This document shows, in pieces, positions 30,967 through 41,589 of a stretch of 64,000 nucleotides of DNA. Position numbers and translations under genes: made by a program. The DNA is from an uncultured Pseudobdellovibrionaceae bacterium (GTDB lineage Bacteria > Pseudomonadota > Alphaproteobacteria > Micavibrionales > Micavibrionaceae), in the NCBI GenBank assembly GCA_964467925.1, contig CAYXSX010000001.1:6870-70869 (forward strand), given 5' to 3'. The notes beneath the pieces are model-generated. The model was not told the DNA's origin, made no database searches, and saw only the letters and a list, made by a program, of their open reading frames with translations. Numbering within the stretch: the first letter of the stretch is position 1; each line of letters starts with the position of its first letter.

Positions 30967-31654
30967 TTTTTCGCTAGAGGAGGAACTCGGCGTTCCCGTT
31001 TGCGGCATAGACGAGGTCGGGCGCGGGCCGCTAGCCGGGCCGGTTGTCGCCGCGTGCGTTTTCATTCCACCGGAGGTGCGCAAGTCGGAATGGGTCGCCC
31101 ATATCCGCGACAGTAAAAAGCTTTCCGAAAAGAAGCTGGAAATGTTATTCGAGGCCATCACCGCACATTGCGTCTACGGTATTGCCGAAATCGCTCCGCA
31201 AGAGATCGACAGGATCAATATTTTACAGGCGGCCTTAAAAGCGATGAGCTTTTCTTTCTCATCATTCCTGCGCATGCAGGAATCCATTTCAATCAACTCA
31301 CCAAGCTCATCCATGGATCCCGGCCTTCGCCGGGATGACATTGTGGCTTTAGTCGATGGAAACCGCTGTCCTGAATTACCCTGCCGAAGCATGGCCGTCG
31401 TTAAAGGCGACGGCAAATCGAAATCCATCGCCGCGGCCTCAATTATCGCCAAGGTCACCCGCGACCGGATCATGCGAAAATTAGCGACAGAATTCCCACA
31501 TTACGGCTGGGAAAGCAATGTTGGCTATCCGTCAAAGGCACACCGGGACGCCATTCTCATCCACGGTATTACGCCCCACCACCGCCGTTCTTTTGCTCCG
31601 GTGAAAAATTTTTTAACGGAACAGCCTCGAGTCGAAACCCTGACTCAGCCTTAG
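30929..31654 (+). CDS. rnhB: Ribonuclease HII
   Basis: GIDEVGRGPLAGPVV, DSKKLS, VDGNRCP, KGDGKS and HRRSFAPV motifs. Start uncertain (ATG 30929 overlaps the pepN end). Carries an in-frame palindromic insert. Confidence 0.9.
   Translation: MSLKSPAKALNPDFSLEEELGVPVCGIDEVGRGPLAGPVVAACVFIPPEVRKSEWVAHIRDSKKLSEKKLEMLFEAITAHCVYGIAEIAPQEIDRINILQAALKAMSFSFSSFLRMQESISINSPSSSMDPGLRRDDIVALVDGNRCPELPCRSMAVVKGDGKSKSIAAASIIAKVTRDRIMRKLATEFPHYGWESNVGYPSKAHRDAILIHGITPHHRRSFAPVKNFLTEQPRVETLTQP
31261..31339. repeat. Palindromic MITE/REP-like element, type 3 (TCATTCCTGCG...CGCCGGGATGAC), inside rnhB
   Basis: Hairpins CCTGCGCATGCAGG and CCCGGCCTTCGCCGGG near the ends. Inner inverted repeat GGAATCCAT/ATGGATCC. 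Same architecture as 32874-32990. Confidence 0.7.
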
Positions 31655-31739
31655 TTTTAAGTCGAAGACTCATCCATAGAGTCCTGACTCTGTTACAAGA
31701 ATCGTTATTTTCGTCTTGACGGCGAATCGGTTTTGACTC
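31629..31739. promoter_or_regulatory. Cluster of 8 GANTC (CcrM target) sites upstream of ccrM
   Basis: Sites at 31629, 31642, 31667, 31679, 31686, 31699, 31724 and 31735. Six lie in the 119-bp rnhB-ccrM spacer. Confidence 0.6.
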
Positions 31740-31743
31740 ATGA

Positions 31744-32856
<1,113 letters not shown>

Positions 32857-32873
32857 CCCTCTGCCTTTCCGGC

Positions 32874-32990
32874 GTCCCCGCGAAAGCGGGGATTATACTG
32901 CCGGAATCCAGAAAAGACAGCCAGCGAAGCTGGCTGACACGTGGATCCCGTTCGTGTAAGTTCTGCTTCGCAGAACACCAACGGGATGAC
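32874..32990. repeat. Palindromic element, type 3, long variant
   Basis: Ends GTCCCCGCGAAAGCGGGGAT ... CAACGGGATGAC. Inner GGAATCCA/GTGGATCC. Extra central hairpin CAGCCAGCGAAGCTGGCTG. Confidence 0.65.
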
Positions 32991-33001
32991 GAAGGAGTAT
33001 T

Positions 33002-33352
33002 ATGAACCGGATATTTATCAAGGAACTGGAACTTCAGGCCTCTATCGGCATTTATGAGCGCGAAAAACAAGCGCCGCAGCGCATTATGGTTTCCGTCTTT
33101 ATGGATGTCGAAAATGACCGTGCCGCCGAAAGTGACACTATAGAAGACACCGTGTCTTACGAGGAAGTCATCGACACGATTAAAAAAATCGCTGCCGCGC
33201 GGCATTACAATCTGGTCGAAAGCCTTGCCGAAGAAATTGCGACTGCCTGCCTTGCCGATAAACGTGTGTTAAATATAGAACTGGAAATCACCAAGCCCGA
33301 TATTTTCAAAGACGCCGCCGGAGTGGGAATAAAAATTGTAAGAAAAAATTAG
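33002..33352 (+). CDS. folB: Dihydroneopterin aldolase
   Basis: 116 aa. IFIKELELQASIGIYEREK and DTVSYEEV are typical FolB segments. Confidence 0.85.
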   Translation: MNRIFIKELELQASIGIYEREKQAPQRIMVSVFMDVENDRAAESDTIEDTVSYEEVIDTIKKIAAARHYNLVESLAEEIATACLADKRVLNIELEITKPDIFKDAAGVGIKIVRKN

Positions 33353-33374
33353 TGCCCTTAATGTACTTAGTGTT

Positions 33375-34436
33375 TCAAAACTTTTTAAGGCGCAAAACTT
33401 TCTTAAACAGCGTAGGAAAACCGACCACAGTCAAATCATCCACCGGATGCCAAAAATAATCGTCGCCGAACTCTTCTTTCGCCGCGCCTGATTGTAAAAT
33501 CAAGGTAAGATCAAAATGCGTAAAACTATGCAGCACTTTTTCCTGATGGGTTTTTAGCCCCGGCGGCGCGGCAAAACTTTCATGCGATTTACTCCAATCA
33601 CTCGTTGGAAATCCGGTCATCCCCCCTAACATTCCCTTTTCCGGTCGCCTGTGGAGAAGCACATTCCCTATCCCGTCCTCAATCCAGTATACCATCCCCT
33701 CTCGCTGCGGCTTTACGCCCTTGTCTTTCTTACGCGGCAGCTCTTCCGCAATGCCAAGCGCCCGCCCCTCGCAAAACTCCGCTACGGGGCAAAGCATGCA
33801 TTTGGGCGATTTAGGCGTGCAAATACCTGCCCCCATATCCATCAAAGCCTGCGCCAGATCACCCGGTCTCTCCGCATTTTCAAAAAACGGCCCCGCCAGT
33901 TTTTTCAACTCCGGCTTTATGTCCGGCAATGTGCCCTGCACCGCGAAAAGCCGCGCCATCACGCGCTCGATATTGCCGTCCACTACCGTCGCCCGCTCGC
34001 CAAAGGCAATGGCCGCAATCGCCGCCGAGGTATAATCGCCGATCCCGGGCAGTTTTTTTAACTCAGCCTGCGTATCAGGAAAAACGCCGCCCATTTCCCC
34101 CGCCACTACTTTCGCGCATTTATGCAGGTTCCGCGCCCGCGCGTAATAGCCCAGCCCCGCCCATTCGCGCATAACTTCCTCGGACGGCGCAGCCGCCAAA
34201 TCCTCCATCTTAGGCCAAAGCGTCAAAAACCTCAGAAAATAGGGAATAACCGCATTGACCACCGTTTGCTGGAGCATAATTTCCGAAAGCCATACCTTAT
34301 AAGGCTCCTGCAATGCCCCCGGCGCGGCCCGCCAGGGCAATTTGCGGTGCTCGCGGTCGTACCAGTCCAGAATTTTCCCATGGAAAGTTTTTATGGTATC
34401 ATCTGATGTCTTGAGCTTTGGGGCAGCATTTGCCAT
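33375..34436 (-). CDS. mutY: A/G-specific adenine DNA glycosylase MutY
   Basis: HhH-GPD (LPGIGDYTSAAIAAIAF) and the 4Fe-4S cluster loop CTPKSPKCMLCPVAEFC, plus a C-terminal NUDIX-like domain. ATG 34436 preferred over TTG 34454. Confidence 0.9.
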   Translation of the reverse strand: MANAAPKLKTSDDTIKTFHGKILDWYDREHRKLPWRAAPGALQEPYKVWLSEIMLQQTVVNAVIPYFLRFLTLWPKMEDLAAAPSEEVMREWAGLGYYARARNLHKCAKVVAGEMGGVFPDTQAELKKLPGIGDYTSAAIAAIAFGERATVVDGNIERVMARLFAVQGTLPDIKPELKKLAGPFFENAERPGDLAQALMDMGAGICTPKSPKCMLCPVAEFCEGRALGIAEELPRKKDKGVKPQREGMVYWIEDGIGNVLLHRRPEKGMLGGMTGFPTSDWSKSHESFAAPPGLKTHQEKVLHSFTHFDLTLILQSGAAKEEFGDDYFWHPVDDLTVVGFPTLFKKVLRLKKF

Positions 34437-34468
34437 GTTGCTTACTTCTATCAATAATCGAGGTTTTC

Positions 34469-34939
34469 ATGCGCCCATTATCAGAGGCATCCGCCCGCGT
34501 CGCAGGCCAGAACTTCAAGCGCAAATATGTCGCGCTGGGGCGCATCGTCAGCCATTGGTCAGATATAGTCGGCGAAGAGCTGGCGTGCAAGGCGCAACCG
34601 GTTAAAATCCACTACCGCAAGTACGAAAAATCCAAAGAGCCGCAGGCCTCCCTCGACATCGCCGTTTCCAGTGCCGATGCCACGCTGATGCACTACCGCA
34701 AAGACCTTATTCTCGAGCGCATTAATCAGATTTTCGGCGAACGCTGGATCTCCGCCATCCGCTTTATTAATACGCCCGCAAACCAGATAGCGGCCAAAGC
34801 CTTTAAAAAGCCGGAAAAACCGCTCAGCGATGATGAAAAACAATCGCTTAATTCCCTGCTGGAAAATATCGTGGATCATGATATAAAGGCGCGGCTTGAG
34901 AGCCTTGGCTCCGAAATTATCAAAGAAGACAGAAGATAA
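34469..34939 (+). CDS. DUF721 (DciA-like) domain protein
   Basis: The pattern W..IVGEELA...P....(basic)...L.I.V.S...A..L...K..I..RIN is typical of DUF721. Divergent from mutY, as in many alphaproteobacteria. Confidence 0.7.
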   Translation: MRPLSEASARVAGQNFKRKYVALGRIVSHWSDIVGEELACKAQPVKIHYRKYEKSKEPQASLDIAVSSADATLMHYRKDLILERINQIFGERWISAIRFINTPANQIAAKAFKKPEKPLSDDEKQSLNSLLENIVDHDIKARLESLGSEIIKEDRR

Positions 34940-34943
34940 AATC

Positions 34944-35510
34944 ATGAAAGTAACAGCGATCACCCTGCGTGCGGGACACGTCATTGAATATAACGGCAAG
35001 CTTTGCGTTGTCGTGAAAAACGAAATTATCCAGCCCGGCAAGGGCAACTCCGTAGCTCAGGTGGAACTCCGCGACATCCGCACGGGCAACAAAGATAACG
35101 TGCGTTACCGCACACAGGAAACCGTAGAGCGCCTGAGACTGGAACAGGATGAATACCAGTATCTGTACACCGATGCGGACGGCATCAACCTGATGCACCA
35201 ACAGACATTCGAACAGATTTCCATCAACCCCGAAGTTTTCGGTGATATGGCCGCCTATCTTCAGGAAGGGATGATCGTCGAGGTTGAAACTTTCGAGGGC
35301 GAGCCGCTTGGCGTTAAAATGCCCGACAGCGCGGTTTATACGATTGTCGAGGCCGAGCCCGTCGTAAAGGGTCAGACGGCAACAACTTCATATAAGCCCG
35401 CCATTCTTGATAACGGCGTGCGCATTATGGTTCCCCCGCATATCGAAAACGGTACGCGCGTAGTGGTGAAAATCGAGGAAGGCGTTTACGTCGAAAGAGC
35501 GAAGGATTAG
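34944..35510 (+). CDS. efp: Elongation factor P
   Basis: 188 aa. QPGKGNSVAQVELRDIRTG loop and three OB/KOW-like domains. Confidence 0.95.
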   Translation: MKVTAITLRAGHVIEYNGKLCVVVKNEIIQPGKGNSVAQVELRDIRTGNKDNVRYRTQETVERLRLEQDEYQYLYTDADGINLMHQQTFEQISINPEVFGDMAAYLQEGMIVEVETFEGEPLGVKMPDSAVYTIVEAEPVVKGQTATTSYKPAILDNGVRIMVPPHIENGTRVVVKIEEGVYVERAKD

Positions 35511-35515
35511 ATTTT

Positions 35516-36331
35516 ATGAGCGCTTCCACCTCCCCCAATATGCAGGTCATGATCAAGGCCGCCGAAAAAGCGGCCCGTTCGCTTGTCCGCGACTTTGGCG
35601 AGGTGGAGAATCTTCAGGTCTCTACCAAGGGCCCCGGCGATTTCGTCAGCGCAGCGGATAAACGCTCCGAAGAAATTATTTTCGAAGAACTTTCCCGCGC
35701 CCGCCCCGAACATGCCTTCCTGATGGAAGAAAGCGGAACCAAGGGGCCGGAAAACGCCAAGGGCCGTTTTATCATCGACCCGCTGGACGGCACGCATAAC
35801 TTCCTGCACGGCATTCCGCACTGGTGTATTTCCATCGCGCTAGAGGAAGGCGGCGAGGTCATTGCCGGACTGGTTTACGATCCCGTTAAAAACGACATGT
35901 TCACCGCCGAAAAGGGACAGGGCGCTTATTTAAGCCGCCGAAAGCGTTTAAGAGTTTCGGGCCGCACCGAGCCGCTGGCCTCCATCATCGCGTTGGGCGA
36001 GCCGCGCCGCACGGTCAAGGGCTCAGCTGATGTGTTCTTGAAAGAACATCTCGCCGTACAAAATACAGGCGCCAGCCAGCGCCGCTTCGGTGCTTCTGCG
36101 CTTGACCTGTCCTATGTCGCTGCGGGGAAATGCGAAGCCTATTGGGAACGCGCTCTTGCGCCGTGGGATATTGCCGCGGGTTGCCTTATTGTGAAGGAAG
36201 CGGGCGGGTTTGTCTGCGACATGGATGACGACCGCAAGAACCCGCTTGAAACGGGCAACGTTCTGGCCGGAAACGAAGCGCTTTACGGCCTTCTGAAAAA
36301 GGCGATCAGAGGCGTAAAACAGGCCGCCTGA
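35516..36331 (+). CDS. suhB: Inositol monophosphatase family protein (SuhB-like)
   Basis: Motifs FLMEESG, IDPLDGTHNF and WDIAAG. Confidence 0.9.
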   Translation: MSASTSPNMQVMIKAAEKAARSLVRDFGEVENLQVSTKGPGDFVSAADKRSEEIIFEELSRARPEHAFLMEESGTKGPENAKGRFIIDPLDGTHNFLHGIPHWCISIALEEGGEVIAGLVYDPVKNDMFTAEKGQGAYLSRRKRLRVSGRTEPLASIIALGEPRRTVKGSADVFLKEHLAVQNTGASQRRFGASALDLSYVAAGKCEAYWERALAPWDIAAGCLIVKEAGGFVCDMDDDRKNPLETGNVLAGNEALYGLLKKAIRGVKQAA

Positions 36332-36374
36332 GTCCGGTAATTCATTTGCCTGCGTAAAACAGTTTGAGGGGCTG

Positions 36375-37151
36375 ATGCTTATGATAAAGCTTTATACGGT
36401 ATTTTTGGCATTGCTGAGCATAGCTGTTTTTTCAGCAAGCTCCCCGTCTCTCTCCGCCGCGATGGATGAAGAAAGCGTTATCATCAATTTCGACGTTCTC
36501 GAAAACTTCCGCCAGCCTGCCGCCCCGCCGCCACTTGTTTCTGCTACTCCTGTAGAAGTAATAACCTTGCCACTTACGCCGCCTTTGCCCGCTCGTAAGC
36601 CGCTCTATACCCCTCCGGTCAAAAAAGCTCCTGTGCATGAGCCCGAAATTTCACGGCCCTCTCCAAGCGCGCAACCTAAAGAGCCTTCCGCTTTGCCCGC
36701 TCCTGCCCCCGCGCCCGCCGCGCCACCTCCGGTTCCCCAGCCCAAAGCCGAAGCGTCGCAGCCCGTGCCTGAAGATATAACCGCCAGACCCATGCCGAGC
36801 ACTACTGAAGCGCCGCAAGCGCCCGCAACGCCGCTCAATCTGGACACCGCGACCATCACATACCACGCCGGGGAAATCGCTCCGCCGCGCGGCGCGCAAG
36901 ACGTTATCACCGCGCAAATCCTGCCTCAGCTTCAGAACGACCCCGGTTTGCGTATGTCGATCACCAGCTACGCCAGCCCTGACGGCGAAGGCCAGAGCAG
37001 CGCACGGCGCATTTCGCTTGCCCGCGGCATTATGTTGCGCAAAAAGCTCATAGAGCTCGGCGTTGCCCCCAACCGGATCGACATTAAACCCCGCGGCGCG
37101 GAAGAACAGGAAAACCCGGTGGACAAAATCGAGCTTGAATTCATCCGCTAA
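36375..37151 (+). CDS. Proline-rich envelope protein with OmpA-like C-terminal domain
   Basis: Signal peptide and a long P/A-rich linker. C-terminus with SARRISLARGIMLRKKLIELGV, typical of OmpA_C. Confidence 0.7.
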   Translation: MLMIKLYTVFLALLSIAVFSASSPSLSAAMDEESVIINFDVLENFRQPAAPPPLVSATPVEVITLPLTPPLPARKPLYTPPVKKAPVHEPEISRPSPSAQPKEPSALPAPAPAPAAPPPVPQPKAEASQPVPEDITARPMPSTTEAPQAPATPLNLDTATITYHAGEIAPPRGAQDVITAQILPQLQNDPGLRMSITSYASPDGEGQSSARRISLARGIMLRKKLIELGVAPNRIDIKPRGAEEQENPVDKIELEFIR

Positions 37152-37281
37152 CCCTCTTCAAATCGCTTGCTGCCCGCCGTTTTCCATGTGTGGATAAACC
37201 CTTGCAAAGCGCTTGAATTCCTTGACATACAGCCCCTAAAACGTGCTTTATAGGCCCATACAAAAGATAAAGGACTTTTTC

Positions 37282-38076
37282 ATGAGCAAAAAACTGCGCC
37301 CGTGGCTTTTTACCCTCGCCGGACTGATCGTTCTTTCCGTCGGTTTTTACATGCTGCAAATGCGCGATAATGGCGGCATCGTTCAGGCACAAGATGGATC
37401 GCAAGCCTCACAAATGGCCCCCGCCGCCGGAGAAGAAGAGCAAGCAGAGACACCGGTAGAAACCCCCGCAGAGACACAAGCCGAACCGCAAACGGAAGCA
37501 CAAGCGACCGCTGCTGTCCCCTCCGCCGATCTGGAAAAAATGCTCAAACCCCGCATCATGGGCGACCAGACAGCGCCGATCCGCATTGAGGAATTCGCCT
37601 CCCTCTCATGCACCCATTGCGCCGATTTTCATGAAAAAACCCTGCCCGAAATCAAAAAAAATTATATCGATACCGGCAAGGCCTATATTGTGTTCAACGA
37701 TTTTCCGCTCAACGCATCCGCTCTTTACGGCTCTATGGCCGCGCGTTGCGTGCCCGAAGCCCGTTATTTCGACTTCATCAAATTGCTGTTCGAAAAACAG
37801 AAGGATTGGGCGTTTCAGGAAAATTTCGCTCAAATTCTGGGCCAATACACCAGTCTGCTCGGTCTTGGCAAGGATGAATACGAAGCCTGTCTGAATAACG
37901 AAGCCCTGCAAAAGGGCCTGATTGCCAATGTCACGGCGGCGCAGGAAAAATGGAAAATCAGCTCCACGCCCAGCTTCGTGATCAACGATAATGATGTGGT
38001 CAGCGGCGCGCAGGCCTATAAAACATTCGAAGAAAAATTCGAGGCTATCTTAAAAGCGAAAAACACCCCTGAGTAA
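37282..38076 (+). CDS. DsbA-family thiol:disulfide oxidoreductase
   Basis: TM anchor, acidic linker, CxxC active site (SCTHCADFH) and cis-Pro region (STPSFVIN). Confidence 0.85.
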   Translation: MSKKLRPWLFTLAGLIVLSVGFYMLQMRDNGGIVQAQDGSQASQMAPAAGEEEQAETPVETPAETQAEPQTEAQATAAVPSADLEKMLKPRIMGDQTAPIRIEEFASLSCTHCADFHEKTLPEIKKNYIDTGKAYIVFNDFPLNASALYGSMAARCVPEARYFDFIKLLFEKQKDWAFQENFAQILGQYTSLLGLGKDEYEACLNNEALQKGLIANVTAAQEKWKISSTPSFVINDNDVVSGAQAYKTFEEKFEAILKAKNTPE

Positions 38077-38082
38077 CCATAC

Positions 38083-41000
38083 ATGCTGCAATTCAAAAGC
38101 CTTAGATTAAACGGCTTCAAATCTTTCGTTGAACGCACAGAACTGGAAATCGCTCCGGGACTGAACGGCATTGTGGGGCCCAATGGTTGCGGCAAATCCA
38201 ACCTTGTCGAGGCCCTGCGCTGGATCATGGGCGAAAGCTCGGCCAAGAAAATGCGCGGCGGCGGTATGGAAGATGTAATCTTCGCCGGAACCTCCAAACG
38301 CGCGGCGCGCAATATCGCCGAAGTATCACTCTTGCTCGACAATTCCTCACGCAGCGCGCCCGCAGCCTATAATACCTCCGACGAGATTGAAATCATCCGC
38401 CGTATCGAACGTGATCACGGCTCATCATACAAGATCAACGGCAAAACCGCCCGCGCCCGCGACGTGCAAATGTTCTTCGCCGATACGGTAACCGGGGCCA
38501 ACTCCCCTGCCCTCGTTTCTCAAGGGCGCGTCACGCAAATGATCAACGCCAAGCCGCTCGACCGGCGCATGATTCTTGAGGAATCAGCGGGAATCTCCGG
38601 TCTTTACGCCCGCCGCCACGAGGCCGAGCTTCGCCTGCGCGCCGCCGATTCCAATCTGGTGCGTATTGAGGATGTGCTGGGCAGTATGGAAGAGCGTCTT
38701 TCCGGTCTGAAACGTCAGGCGCGTCAGGCCACGCGCTACCGCAATATCAACGCCCAGATCCGCCAGCTTGAAATCATGATTGCCGCGCTGGAATGGGCCC
38801 AGATCGAGGAAAAGCAAAAGGCCACACAGGCCCGCTTTAACGAAGCCGAAAGCAAGGTCGCCCTCCACCTTACAGCCGTAACCCAGCTCACCAAAACGCA
38901 AAACACCCAGACAGAGGAAATCGCCCCCCTGCGCAAGTCCGAAGCGGAAGCCGCCGCCGCCTTGCAACGTCAGACCCTCGCCCTGCAAAGACTGGAAGAC
39001 GAAGCCGCCCGCGCCGAGGATATGCTTCGCGAAACGCTCGATCAGATCGAACAGACCAAGGCCGATCACAAACACGAAAACGATATTCTGAGCGAAAGCG
39101 CTCGCATTCTTGAAAAACTCACCGCCGAGCTTGCCTCTATTTCCTCGCAGGAGGAAAACAAGGGTGACAGCCTCGAAACCAAGCGCAAGGCAAAGGAAGA
39201 GCTTGAAAGCAAAGTCCTGAAGCTGGAGGAACAATATAACGCCCTCATGCAAAGCGCCGCGGAATCCAAGGCCCGCCGTGCCTCGCTCGAGGGCCAGATC
39301 GCCCAGCATCAGGAACGCCTCGAAATCATGCGCGCCCGTAAAGACAAGGCGCAGGAAGAGCTGAAAGAATTTTCCGGCAACGATGAAAAGATAAAGGAAA
39401 TAGAAACCCTCGCCAAACAGGTGAAGGACCTGGAAGCGCAGGGCGAAACCCTTGGCGTCAACATCATCGGCGCGAAACAGAAAATCGAGGCCGCTGGCGA
39501 AAGCCTCGATCATGCGCGCGGCGAACTTAACGCCGCCCAGAACCGCCAATCGGAATGGCGCGCCGAAATCGCCATGCTGGAATCCTTCTTTAACGAGGAA
39601 GAAAACGAAAGCTTCACGCCCGTGCTGCAAGATATGCGCGTTGATACTGGCTTTGAAAAGGCACTCTCCCGCGCGCTTGGTGACTCTCTCATGGCCTCGC
39701 TGGATGAGGGCGCATCCGTATCATGGCGCAAGCGTGGCAATCTCGATAAACTTCCCGCCCTGCCCGGCGGCGTGCAATCTCTCCTGCCGCATGTAAAAGC
39801 GCCGGAACAGCTTAAACCCGCGCTCAGCCAAATTGGCTTTATAGACGATGAAGCAAAAGGCACCGAATTGGCCGCCGAACTTTTGCCCGGGCAATCCCTC
39901 GTTTCTGCCGCCGGAATCTATTGGCGCTGGGACGGTTTTACCATGACCGGACAGGCGCCCGACCGTCACGCCCAGCATCTTGAATACAAGAACAAGCTAC
40001 GCGCGTTGCAGGCCAAAGCCCCCGAAATTGAAAACGCCATTACAGCCGCGCAAAAAACGCTGGAAACCGCGCAGGAAAATAAAAAGCAAGCCGCCGAGGC
40101 GCTTGATAATTTGCAAAACGACCTGCTGAAAAACGACAATGCGCGCCGCACCGCTGAACAATCTCTCGCCCGTCTCAAGGAAGCGCAAGCCGGGGTGGAA
40201 GCGCAGCGCACCCGCCTGACCGAAACCATCAATATGGCCGGGGAAGACATCGCCGCCGCCGAAGAGCTTTTAAAATGGGACCGTGACCGTCTCGCCGCCT
40301 ATGAGGGTCAGGACAACGAGAAGCAATCAGAAGATACTGAAAAACTCCGCTCTGCATTGTTGGAGGCACGCGAGGCGCATCAATCCGCCGTCAGCGCCTT
40401 TGACGTGCATGAGGCGCAAGCCCGCAGCCGCGAAGCCCGCATTCAGGCCATCGGGGATGAACGCGTAAATGCTCAGAACCGTTCGATCCGCGCGAAAGAA
40501 CGTCTGAAAATGTTGGATGCCCGCGCCCAGAGTCTCGAGGAAAAGCGCAAGGAAATCGCCGATCAGCCAAAAACCTTCAAGGCCGATAAGGAAAAGCTCC
40601 TGACCCTGCTTTCCCAGCTCGAGGAAAAACGCAGCACCGCGGCCGAAAACCTCGCCTCCAAGGAAAGTGAGATCGCCGAAACCGGCAAAGCGCTCAAGCA
40701 GGCCGAAAGCGCCATGGGCGAGGCACGCGAAGCACGCGCCCATGCTCAGGCAACATTGAGCGCGCTGAACGATCAGATCGCTGACATGAAAGCGACCGTA
40801 GCCGAAAAATTCGACATGGAACCAGCCGCGCTTTCCGCTCACGCCGCCGCTGATCTTGAGAAAAACACTGAAGGTCTCGACGTCATTCGCGCCCGCAAGG
40901 ATAAGCTGGGCGGGGAGCGGGACAATATCGGCCCCGTGAACTTACGCGCCGACGAAGAAGCGCAGGAGCTTGAAAAGGAAGTCACCGCGCTTTTGAAAGA

Positions 41001-41589
41001 ACGCAACGATTTGCTTGAGGCGATTGCCGAGCTGCGTGGCGCGATCCGGAAAATCAACAGCGAGGCGCGCGAGCGCCTGAACACCGCGTTCGAGCATGTA
41101 AACGCGCATTTCCAGCGCCTGTTCGTTCAGCTTTTCGGCGGCGGGCAAGCACATCTGGCCTTGGTCGAACCCACACCGGATGGTGAGAACGCGGGCAATA
41201 AAAACGCCGCAGATCCGCTTTCCGCGGGGCTTGAGATTTTTGCCCAGCCGCCGGGCAAAAGCCTGCAATCCCTTTCTCTGCTTTCCGGCGGGGAGCAGAC
41301 ATTGGCCTCGATCGCGCTTATTTTCGCCATGTTCCTGACCAATCCTTCTCCTATATGTGTGCTGGACGAAATCGACGCTCCGCTTGATGATGCGAACGTG
41401 GAGCGTGTCTGCGACCTGCTTGATGATATTGCCGCGCGCGGCATGACCCGTTTCCTGATCATTACCCACCACCGTATGACCATGGCCCGCATGGACCGCC
41501 TGTATGGAGTAACCATGGCAGAGCGCGGCGTATCGCAACTGGTTTCCGTTGACCTGCAACAATCCTTCGAATTCGCCGAGGCTGCCTAA
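38083..41589 (+). CDS. smc: Chromosome partition protein Smc
   Basis: Walker A GPNGCGKSN, long coiled coils and hinge, signature LSGGEQ, Walker B ICVLDEIDAPLD; 1168 aa. Confidence 0.95.
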   Translation: MLQFKSLRLNGFKSFVERTELEIAPGLNGIVGPNGCGKSNLVEALRWIMGESSAKKMRGGGMEDVIFAGTSKRAARNIAEVSLLLDNSSRSAPAAYNTSDEIEIIRRIERDHGSSYKINGKTARARDVQMFFADTVTGANSPALVSQGRVTQMINAKPLDRRMILEESAGISGLYARRHEAELRLRAADSNLVRIEDVLGSMEERLSGLKRQARQATRYRNINAQIRQLEIMIAALEWAQIEEKQKATQARFNEAESKVALHLTAVTQLTKTQNTQTEEIAPLRKSEAEAAAALQRQTLALQRLEDEAARAEDMLRETLDQIEQTKADHKHENDILSESARILEKLTAELASISSQEENKGDSLETKRKAKEELESKVLKLEEQYNALMQSAAESKARRASLEGQIAQHQERLEIMRARKDKAQEELKEFSGNDEKIKEIETLAKQVKDLEAQGETLGVNIIGAKQKIEAAGESLDHARGELNAAQNRQSEWRAEIAMLESFFNEEENESFTPVLQDMRVDTGFEKALSRALGDSLMASLDEGASVSWRKRGNLDKLPALPGGVQSLLPHVKAPEQLKPALSQIGFIDDEAKGTELAAELLPGQSLVSAAGIYWRWDGFTMTGQAPDRHAQHLEYKNKLRALQAKAPEIENAITAAQKTLETAQENKKQAAEALDNLQNDLLKNDNARRTAEQSLARLKEAQAGVEAQRTRLTETINMAGEDIAAAEELLKWDRDRLAAYEGQDNEKQSEDTEKLRSALLEAREAHQSAVSAFDVHEAQARSREARIQAIGDERVNAQNRSIRAKERLKMLDARAQSLEEKRKEIADQPKTFKADKEKLLTLLSQLEEKRSTAAENLASKESEIAETGKALKQAESAMGEAREARAHAQATLSALNDQIADMKATVAEKFDMEPAALSAHAAADLEKNTEGLDVIRARKDKLGGERDNIGPVNLRADEEAQELEKEVTALLKERNDLLEAIAELRGAIRKINSEARERLNTAFEHVNAHFQRLFVQLFGGGQAHLALVEPTPDGENAGNKNAADPLSAGLEIFAQPPGKSLQSLSLLSGGEQTLASIALIFAMFLTNPSPICVLDEIDAPLDDANVERVCDLLDDIAARGMTRFLIITHHRMTMARMDRLYGVTMAERGVSQLVSVDLQQSFEFAEAA

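Noticed and set aside
38584-39630. 348-aa ORF antisense to smc, plus several shorter ones up to 41860
   Set aside because: The SMC reading frame is continuous with Walker A/B and signature motifs. The antisense ORFs mirror the repetitive coiled-coil codons.
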